Shown here piece by piece: positions 1-4,588 of a stretch of DNA of 4,982 nt. The stretch is from a virus (lineage: Duplodnaviria > Heunggongvirae > Uroviricota > Caudoviricetes): IMG/VR virus record IMGVR_UViG_3300029499_000043. The stretch is one strand, 5' to 3'. The translations under genes and the position numbers were made by a program. The stretch's first letter is position 1; every line of letters begins with the position of its first letter. The notes under the pieces are model-generated. The model saw only the letters and a program-made list of their open reading frames with translations, was not told where the DNA came from and made no database searches.

Positions 1-101
1 GTCGGCGAAGGTAAGTTGATGACTCATGATGAACCCTGTTCCATGGCTCCAGATGACAAACATGATCTCATATCAGGGACTTGTTCGCACCTTCCCTAAC
101 A

Positions 102-503
102 TTATCCCTGATAAAATGCCAGTATGCGCTGCATAACTTCACTCATCCGGCACTCGCGACAGATTATGTTTAGGCGACTGTCGTAGCGACGTATTTCTCC
201 ATCAGGTAACGACCAGATAAGGTCTGGATCAACCACAGCTGTTTTCTTCACCTTTGCCCTCGAGAGTTTTTTGCGGGCGTTTTGCCAGTCCTTACGCGCC
301 TGTTCAGACGGGAATAACCCGTAGCCGGAGTTGTATACATCGCCACTGGCTACCAGCTCTCTGGCAAGAACGCTCATCAGATATCTAGTCGCACCTGTTT
401 TAGCTTCCAGTTGCCGTAACGTCTCACGACCGCTCTGGCGCACGAGTTCCACCACCTGCCCTTTAATTTTTTCCCGCTCTTCTTGTGTAAAAACTTTTGC
501 CAC
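102..503 (-). CDS. Hypothetical prophage protein, 133 aa, basic; last gene of the replication module. Function not recognised.
   Basis: Intact ORF in the track. The start codon is GTG at 503..501, preceded by a strong Shine-Dalgarno (AAGGGGGA, about 3-4 nt upstream). It lies 40 bp downstream of the replication gene on the same strand. No motif I can name. Confidence 0.55.
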   Translation of the reverse strand: MAKVFTQEEREKIKGQVVELVRQSGRETLRQLEAKTGATRYLMSVLARELVASGDVYNSGYGLFPSEQARKDWQNARKKLSRAKVKKTAVVDPDLIWSLPDGEIRRYDSRLNIICRECRMSEVMQRILAFYQG

Positions 504-543
504 AAGTCCCCCTTAAAATTACCTCATGACCTGAAATCAAAAC

Positions 544-1509
544 TTATCCTCTGAAACCAGGCGGAATTTCTGTATCCGGTTCAGAAATATGATTAACACA
601 ACGCTGTACAGGTGAACGCCCCAGGCGGATGACCAGTTCGTCCCATTTTTCGCGGAGCTTTGACGGGCTCATGATGTTTTTTACCCAGAATGGATCCCGC
701 TGTACCCGACCAAACATTTCACAAATTTGTCTGTGGCTTCTGCCATCCAGCATCCGCATTGTGCGCACATCATTGGCCCAGACAGTCCAGTTAGGCTCTT
801 TTGGTCGCATGATCTCGCCATCATCACTGGCGGCCTGTTCGTAGAGACCCACGATCCGCCCCCATATCCACTGCGCACACGCCAGATCCTCCTGGCTACC
901 CCACTGGCGTTTTTTCGCACTAAACACAACTGCGCCAGGGTGCCGGATTAAAAAATCCTGTTCAGCCGTCTGCGGGTCCGGTTGCGAAGCTTCCGGACGA
1001 AAAGTGTTTTTATTCTCTGTAGTAATCTCTGTTGTATTCTCTGTAGGATCATCGGGCCATTTTGACCCGATGACATTGGGTCGTTTTGAACCAATGGAGC
1101 GTTTCATTTTGACCTCTTCCATCGTGTCATTTTGACCTGATGGAGCGGCGCATTTTGAACCGATGGATTCGCTCAATTTGCCATCATCTAAAAGCTCGCT
1201 TCCATAGTTAATCGTGTAGAAATTGGTCATATCGCGCTTTGATTTATTGAGCTTTTCACAACGCAAAAGCCCCAGCGTTTTCAGACTTGCAAACGCGCGC
1301 TTTAACGTTGACTCTGACCAGAATGGGAACTGTTCCAGCCATTGTTCCGTTGTGTTGTAAATCCAGCGAACACCATCACATTCCATGCCGGAATTGGTAT
1401 CTCTCAACCAGTAATGCAACTGCTGCAACACAATGGCTTCATTTAAGCCAATCTTCATCGCAAGCTGTGTGTTTATAACCAGTGGGCGTTCAGCAAAAAG
1501 AAGGCTCAT
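544..1509 (-). CDS. Phage replication initiation protein (lambda O-like / replisome organiser), with an N-terminal helix-turn-helix region and an internal iteron-encoded linker. The track ORF starts at TTG 1563; the more likely start is ATG at 1509..1507 (MSLLFAERPLVINTQLAMKIGLNEAIV...).
   Basis: 339-codon ORF in the track. The N-terminal segment resembles the DNA-binding domain of phage replication initiators/replisome organisers. The gene contains five direct repeats (iterons) and an AT-rich repeat block, as the lambda O gene contains ori-lambda. It sits immediately downstream of the cII-like gene, the canonical lambdoid position for O. Confidence 0.75.
   Translation of the reverse strand: MSLLFAERPLVINTQLAMKIGLNEAIVLQQLHYWLRDTNSGMECDGVRWIYNTTEQWLEQFPFWSESTLKRAFASLKTLGLLRCEKLNKSKRDMTNFYTINYGSELLDDGKLSESIGSKCAAPSGQNDTMEEVKMKRSIGSKRPNVIGSKWPDDPTENTTEITTENKNTFRPEASQPDPQTAEQDFLIRHPGAVVFSAKKRQWGSQEDLACAQWIWGRIVGLYEQAASDDGEIMRPKEPNWTVWANDVRTMRMLDGRSHRQICEMFGRVQRDPFWVKNIMSPSKLREKWDELVIRLGRSPVQRCVNHISEPDTEIPPGFRG
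1011..1047. repeat. Three tandem 12-bp repeats (TATTCTCTGTAG / TAATCTCTGTTG / TATTCTCTGTAG) in an AT-rich tract next to the iterons. Candidate DNA-unwinding or accessory-factor element of the origin.
   Basis: Read directly from the sequence. Encodes the repetitive peptide TENTTEITTEN in the initiator linker. Its position relative to the iterons mirrors the iteron plus AT-rich layout of ori-lambda. Confidence 0.45.
1058..1172. repeat. Five iteron-like direct repeats (candidate origin of replication) embedded in the replication-initiator coding sequence. Consensus on the + strand is CATTTTGA(A)CC-N-GATGG.
   Basis: TTTTGA cores begin at 1060, 1084, 1107, 1130 and 1154, giving a regular 23-24 bp spacing. 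On the coding (minus) strand they translate to the repeated peptide motif SIGSK / IGSK. A sixth degenerate copy may lie at about 1173-1188. Confidence 0.6.
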
Positions 1510-2011
1510 AATTCCATCCAGCTTTTTGTTGGTATTGCTGTCGATACGCAAGTTTGAAAGCAATTGCTTTTTCTATAAGTTCGTCAGTTTCACGATCCAC
1601 TACGGCAGGATCAGCAAAAAGCAGTCCGGACTCCACCACATCGCCATATTCTTTGTTTAACCCGGCGATCATGTACGTGATGCTTTTTCCGTCACTAATT
1701 TCACGATACAACCTGAAATCATTAATCCGGATAGCCTCCATAATTGCAGGCACTAGCGCCGTGAACTTTTCACGCTTATCCCTGGTGTCGATAGCCTTCC
1801 AGCGTTCGAATATCTTCACTCGATTAACGCCAAGCGCTCGCTGATCAACCGCGCCACCTTCATCTGTGACACGCTGAACATCGATGTTCGGGCGCTCTTT
1901 CAAAGCCCAGAATGCTTCAGTGATTAATATCGTCGCCTGCTCCTGTGTCATTCCTGGTCGACATATCCAGGCATCCAGAGCCTCACGAGCCTGTTCAGGA
2001 GTGATTTTCAT
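1490..2011 (-). CDS. YdaT-like (CII-like) prophage regulator, 173 aa. Likely corresponds to the full-length form of the ydfX region of Qin.
   Basis: ATG start at 2011..2009; intact ORF. It lies directly downstream of the cro-like gene on the same strand, in the cI-cro-cII order. The 3' end overlaps the replication gene start by about 20 nt and the 5' end overlaps the dicC-like stop by 17 nt. The YdaT family assignment is from recollection of the protein family, not a search. Confidence 0.7.
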   Translation of the reverse strand: MKITPEQAREALDAWICRPGMTQEQATILITEAFWALKERPNIDVQRVTDEGGAVDQRALGVNRVKIFERWKAIDTRDKREKFTALVPAIMEAIRINDFRLYREISDGKSITYMIAGLNKEYGDVVESGLLFADPAVVDRETDELIEKAIAFKLAYRQQYQQKAGWNYEPSFC

Positions 2012-2222
2012 TGTTCAACCGCCCCGCCCGCTTCGTCTTACGATATTCGTCATAAACCTTGGGATCATACAGAAGCTCGCCGCCAGATGCCTCCTGTAGA
2101 CGCATCGCGCGACCTTCAGGAACCAGCTCTTGCCATTGAGAAACAGCAGATGGGTCAACGCCAGCAGCTTTCGCTACTTTGGCTTTCGTACCGTAAAAAT
2201 TAATTACGTCTGATTTAAACAT
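1995..2222 (-). CDS. dicC: Cro-like small DNA-binding regulator (DicC/YdaS family), 75 aa from ATG 2222 (MFKSDVINFYGTKAKVAKAAG...). The track ORF begins at an upstream TTG at 2249.
   Basis: Shine-Dalgarno GGAGG about 4 nt upstream of ATG 2222 on the minus strand. Divergent from the repressor gene. The C-terminal segment (LVPEGRAMRLQEASGGEL...YDPKVY...NNENHS) matches my recollection of DicC. Size about 76 aa, as for DicC. Confidence 0.75.
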   Translation of the reverse strand: MFKSDVINFYGTKAKVAKAAGVDPSAVSQWQELVPEGRAMRLQEASGGELLYDPKVYDEYRKTKRAGRLNNENHS

Positions 2223-2299
2223 CGCACCTCCAGTATTGAGTTTTCTCAATGCTAATCACTCAAGGAATCTCAAGTCAAGGGTTATTAAGATATCTAAAT
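2223..2299. promoter_or_regulatory. Divergent promoter/operator region between the cro-like (dicC) and repressor (dicA-like) genes. Contains operator-like motif copy A, TTGAGTTTTCTCAA, at 2236..2249, and CTCAAG direct repeats.
   Basis: 77-bp intergenic region between divergent starts. Motif A is an inverted repeat (TTGAG-TTTT-CTCAA) that recurs twice upstream of ydfA (2772..2785 and 2809..2822). Confidence 0.55.
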
Positions 2300-2707
2300 A
2301 TGAACGAGAAAACTTTAGGTCAACGCATTAGAGAAAGACGTAAGCAGGTAGGTTTAAGTCAAAACGGTTTAAGCAAAGCTGCTGGCGTATCTGGCTCATC
2401 AATTTCATTATGGGAAAGTGACCATACAGCCCCGCGCGGGCAAAATTTGCATCGCCTCGCCGAGGTATTGCAATGTTCACCAACCTGGATACTGTTTGGC
2501 GACGAGGACAAAACACCAGCTCCCCCTGTTTCACTCGATAGTGCCTTAGACTTATCGGAAGATGAGTTAGAGATGCTGCGTTTGTATCGCGCACTTCCTA
2601 AATCAGAGCAACAAGCACAACTCAGCGAACTCCGCGCCCGCGTTGAGAATTTTAATCGCCTGTTCACCGAGCTATTAGAGGCTCGCAAACGCAACAAGCA
2701 TCAATAA
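2300..2707 (+). CDS. dicA: DicA-like HTH (XRE-family) prophage repressor, 135 aa from ATG 2300 (MNEKTLGQRIRERRK...). An alternative upstream ATG at 2249 would give 152 aa.
   Basis: The N-terminal region has a clear helix-turn-helix signature (QRIRERRKQVGLSQNGLSKAAGVSGSSISLWESD). The VLQCSPTWILFGDEDK segment and the C-terminal region match my recollection of DicA. The 135-aa length equals that of DicA. No strong Shine-Dalgarno for either start, so the start is uncertain (possibly a leaderless or short-leader transcript, as for cI). Confidence 0.8.
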   Translation: MNEKTLGQRIRERRKQVGLSQNGLSKAAGVSGSSISLWESDHTAPRGQNLHRLAEVLQCSPTWILFGDEDKTPAPPVSLDSALDLSEDELEMLRLYRALPKSEQQAQLSELRARVENFNRLFTELLEARKRNKHQ

Positions 2708-2794
2708 TCATCCCTTCACAAAATTTTAAAGCCTTACATTTCAATGTATTGGCTTTATCTTGCGCCAATACTTGAGTTTTCTCATCAAAAAGCC

Positions 2795-2823
2795 TTGACG
2801 AAAAATAATGAGAAAACTAAATT
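2795..2823 (+). promoter_or_regulatory. Candidate sigma70 promoter of the ydfA-dicF-dicB operon (PdicB-like): -35 TTGACG at 2795..2800, 17-bp spacer, -10 TAAATT at 2818..2823. Flanked by operator-like copy B (2772..2785) and overlapped by copy C (2809..2822, inverted).
   Basis: Hexamers and spacing read from the sequence. An operator overlapping the spacer and -10 is the classic repressor arrangement. Promoter strength is not computable here. Confidence 0.5.
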
Positions 2824-2899
2824 ACCTCCATCAACACACCGCACGGTGTTCTCAGCAAACAGTTCCGCTACCCCGGCGTTAAGGGGAAATGAGGTCAGC

Positions 2900-3055
2900 A
2901 TGGATACTATCGATCTTGGCAACAACGAATCTCTGGTGTACGGCGTGTTTCCAAACCAGGACGGCACGTTCACCGCAATGACGTATACCAAAAGCAAAAC
3001 GTTTAAAACCGAAAATGGTGCCCGTCGCTGGCTGGAAAGAAACTCAGGTGAGTGA
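2900..3055 (+). CDS. ydfA: YdfA/YdaF-family small prophage protein (DUF1391-like), 51 aa (MDTIDLGNNESLVYGVFPNQDGTFTAMTYTKSKTFKTENGARRWLERNSGE).
   Basis: Internal ATG of track ORF 2744..3055. Shine-Dalgarno GAGG at 2891..2894, 5 nt upstream. The 51-aa size and sequence match my recollection of the YdfA/YdaF family. First gene downstream of the repressor on the early-left side. Confidence 0.8.
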   Translation: MDTIDLGNNESLVYGVFPNQDGTFTAMTYTKSKTFKTENGARRWLERNSGE

Positions 3056-3056
3056 T

Positions 3057-3632
3057 ATGGATTTCGACACAATCATGGAAAAGGCTTACGAAGAATACTT
3101 CGAAGGCCTTGCCGAAGGCGAAGAAGCTCTCAGCTTCAGTGAGTTTAAACAGGCACTCAGAATAAGAATGCGCTCTCACAATGACGCGGAGCACAAATAT
3201 GAGAAGCAAAATCAGACCGCAGAAAATTTTGTTCTGGAACCCGGAGAAACGCTTTTCAAAATTCCCGTTACGTGCCCCATTTGCGGTTTTACATCAGAAG
3301 AACTTGACGACTCCTGTAACAATCAGGAAACAACCAAGTATGTCGAAGATGATACCGAGTGCGCACGAAGAACGATTATATCCACGAGTCCAAACTCCAG
3401 GACCAATAAATCTCACTTTGAGAGGGTGATTAATCCACTCCCCCAAACCAATAAAAAAGATGCCGGAGGACAAAAAAACCAATGGAACAACGGGATATCT
3501 GTCAAAAAAAGACGTTCCATTAAAGACAAACAACGCAGCGCCAACAACTGTAAGCGCTTTATACCAGTAATCAATTTTCATGTTCTTAAGCGGATTTATT
3601 GGTGGTTGCGACATTGCTTAATGAATCCTTAA
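3057..3632 (+). CDS. ydfB/ydfC-like early gene(s). One uninterrupted frame from ATG 3057 (MDFDTIMEKAYEEYFEGLAEGEEAL...) with a second in-frame ATG at 3168 (MRSHNDAEHKYEKQ...). The true 3' extent is uncertain: the C-terminal 80 codons are K/N/R-rich low complexity over A-tracts.
   Basis: Shine-Dalgarno AGGTG 6 nt upstream of ATG 3057. The start is 1 nt after the ydfA stop, which suggests coupling. In K-12 this region is annotated as two small genes (ydfB, ydfC), as far as I recall. Here no stop occurs until 3630..3632. The tail contains poly-A runs at 3453..3458, 3472..3478 and 3504..3510. Confidence 0.5.
   Translation: MDFDTIMEKAYEEYFEGLAEGEEALSFSEFKQALRIRMRSHNDAEHKYEKQNQTAENFVLEPGETLFKIPVTCPICGFTSEELDDSCNNQETTKYVEDDTECARRTIISTSPNSRTNKSHFERVINPLPQTNKKDAGGQKNQWNNGISVKKRRSIKDKQRSANNCKRFIPVINFHVLKRIYWWLRHCLMNP
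3294..3614 (-). CDS. Candidate small membrane protein, 106 aa, with three predicted hydrophobic helices, antisense to the 3' part of the ydfB/C-like frame. Possibly a superinfection-exclusion or holin-like protein; possibly an artefact.
   Basis: ATG at 3614..3612 with AAGGA about 11 nt upstream on the minus strand. Hydrophobic segments are ALTVVGAALFVF, VVPLVFLSSGIFFIGLGEWI and ALGIIFDILGCFLIVTGVV. Caveat: an antisense reading of lysine/asparagine-rich A-tracts automatically yields Phe/Leu-rich hydrophobic stretches. Confidence 0.3.
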   Translation of the reverse strand: MSQPPINPLKNMKIDYWYKALTVVGAALFVFNGTSFFDRYPVVPLVFLSSGIFFIGLGEWINHPLKVRFIGPGVWTRGYNRSSCALGIIFDILGCFLIVTGVVKFF

Positions 3633-3891
3633 AACTGTGGTGATTTTAAGGATACCACCTCGCCTGACGTGGTTAAAAGCAGGCACACAACACGAAAGCG
3701 CACGGCGAAGTTCGTCTCACTGTACGGTGTCGTCAAATTTAATTCGACCGTGCGCTTCCGGTTGTGGCAACCCGCGAAATGGCGCGGCGGTAAGTATGGC
3801 GGGGTTATTCCTTCCCCGTTGAGGACACCGAGTTGTCAGGTTGACCATACGCTTAAGCGACAACCCCGCTGCAACGCCCTCTGTTATCAAT

Positions 3892-3949
3892 TTTCTGGTG
3901 ACGTTTGGCGGTATCAGTTTTACTCCGTGACTGCTCTGCCGCCGTTTTT
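3892..3949 (+). ncRNA. dicF: DicF small regulatory RNA (Hfq-dependent antisense inhibitor of ftsZ translation), including its intrinsic terminator: stem GGCGG 3907..3911 with CCGCC 3939..3943, then T-tract 3945..3949.
   Basis: The sequence TTTCTGGTGACGTTTGGCGGTATCAGTTTTACTCCGTGACTGCTCTGCCGCC followed by TTTTT matches the roughly 53-nt DicF RNA as I recall it, almost base for base. It lies in an ORF-free stretch immediately upstream of dicB, as in Qin. Confidence 0.85.
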
Positions 3950-4118
3950 AAAGTGAATTTTGTGATGCGGTGAATGCGGCTAAGCGCACGCGGAACAGTT
4001 AAAACCAAAAACAGTGTTATGGGTGGATTCTCTGTATCCGGCGTTAATTGTTAACTGGTTAACGTCACCTGGAGGCACCAGGCACTGCATCACAAAATTC
4101 ATTGTTGAGGACGCGATA

Positions 4119-4307
4119 ATGAAAACGTTATTACCAAACGTTAATACGTCTGAAGGTTGTTTTGAAATTGGTGTCACTATCAGTAACCCTGTATTTACTG
4201 AAGATGCCATTAACAAGAGAAAACAAGAACGGGAGCTATTAAATAAAATATGCATTGTTTCAATGCTGGCTCGTTTACGTCTGATGCCAAAAGGATGTGC
4301 ACAATGA
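4119..4307 (+). CDS. dicB: DicB cell-division inhibitor (acts with MinC on FtsZ), 62 aa (MKTLLPNVNTSEGCFEIGVTISNPVFTEDAINKRKQERELLNKICIVSMLARLRLMPKGCAQ).
   Basis: Strong Shine-Dalgarno GAGGA at 4107..4111, 7 nt upstream of ATG 4119. The 62-aa length and sequence match my recollection of DicB. Located downstream of DicF. Confidence 0.9.
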   Translation: MKTLLPNVNTSEGCFEIGVTISNPVFTEDAINKRKQERELLNKICIVSMLARLRLMPKGCAQ

Positions 4308-4495
4308 ATTCAGCATTTGCGCTTGTTCTGACAGTTTTTCTTGTTTCCGGAGAGCCAGTTGATATTGCAGTCAGTGTTCACAGGACAATGCAGGAGTGTA
4401 TGACTGCAGCAACCGAACAGAAAATTCCCGGTAACTGTTACCCGGTCGATAAAGTTATTCACCAGTATAATATCGAAATCCCGGCAGGTCTTTAA
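4304..4495 (+). CDS. ydfD: YdfD, a small prophage lysis protein with a hydrophobic N-terminus, 63 aa (MNSAFALVLTVFLVSGEPVDIAVSVHRTMQECMTAATEQKIPGNCYPVDKVIHQYNIEIPAGL).
   Basis: ATG 4304..4306 overlaps the dicB stop TGA 4305..4307 (ATGA overlap). Shine-Dalgarno AAGGA at 4291..4295. The 63-aa size and sequence match my recollection of YdfD. The track ORF 4250..4495 is an N-terminally extended version of the same frame. Confidence 0.85.
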   Translation: MNSAFALVLTVFLVSGEPVDIAVSVHRTMQECMTAATEQKIPGNCYPVDKVIHQYNIEIPAGL

Positions 4496-4588
4496 AACAG
4501 TTCCGTAATAAATATCCGGTTTCATTCTTATATGCCAGCAATGGCAGGGATTTGTTCATCCTTAAATCTGTCATGAGGTTAAAACAAA

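Noticed and set aside
1-27. Possible start of a further minus-strand gene (ATG at 27..25, MSHQLTFAD...) running off the left edge.
   Set aside because: Only 9 codons are visible and the Shine-Dalgarno is weak. Too little sequence to call.
1058-1172. CRISPR-like array (regularly spaced direct repeats).
   Set aside because: The repeats are about 15 bp cores at 23-24 bp spacing, leaving no room for spacers. They lie inside a conserved coding frame and encode a peptide repeat, so they are origin iterons, not CRISPR.
331-2099. Plus-strand track ORFs 331..516, 629..844, 727..951, 1287..1478, 1433..1660, 1554..1844 and 1884..2099, and minus-strand 681..929.
   Set aside because: All lie antisense to, or in alternative frames of, the minus-strand replication and regulatory genes, which have coherent ribosome-binding sites, gene order and recognisable domains.
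2328-2697. Minus-strand ORFs of 88 and 112 aa inside the repressor gene.
   Set aside because: Antisense to the dicA-like CDS, which has a clear HTH signature; arginine/serine-rich translation typical of shadow frames.
2744-3209. N-terminal extension of the ydfA frame (2744..2899) and minus-strand ORFs 2785..3072 and 3003..3209.
   Set aside because: The extension spans the operator/promoter region and lacks a ribosome-binding site. The minus-strand ORFs are antisense to ydfA and the ydfB-like start.
3181-3429. Plus-strand 82-aa ORF in an alternative frame of the ydfB/C-like region.
   Set aside because: No ribosome-binding site; it overlaps a better-supported frame.
3690-3760. Possible retron msr/msd or other reverse-transcriptase-associated structured RNA, suggested by the perfect 10-bp inverted repeat and the GC-rich ORF-free context.
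   Set aside because: No reverse-transcriptase gene or accessory effector ORF is nearby. The adjacent sequence is recognisably DicF, so the structure is better explained as part of the dicF precursor.
3669-3956. Track ORF of 95 aa (GTG start) and the overlapping 61-aa ORF 3637..3822, plus strand.
   Set aside because: No Shine-Dalgarno. Arginine-rich junk-like composition. It overlaps the DicF RNA and its terminator. Most likely non-coding.
4023-4090. Several short palindromes between DicF and dicB (GGAT-N7-ATCC at about 4023..4037; CGTTAA...TTAACG at about 4041..4066; CCTGG...CCAGG at about 4068..4084) as possible protein-binding sites or a second sRNA.
   Set aside because: Short and individually unremarkable. 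They most plausibly form the structured dicB 5' leader or an RNase III site of the polycistronic transcript. No independent evidence of a separate element.
3980-4255. Minus-strand 91-aa ORF.
   Set aside because: Antisense to the well-supported dicB gene and its ribosome-binding site; no independent support.
2249-4500. Initial reading of the region as the Rac prophage immunity region (racR, ydaS, ydaF, ydaG, sieB, kilR).
   Set aside because: The DicF sequence and the DicB and YdfD proteins identify a Qin/dicB-type operon. Rac-type names were dropped except where the family is shared (YdaT-like, YdfA/YdaF family).
4310-4525. Minus-strand 71-aa ORF.
   Set aside because: Antisense shadow of ydfD.
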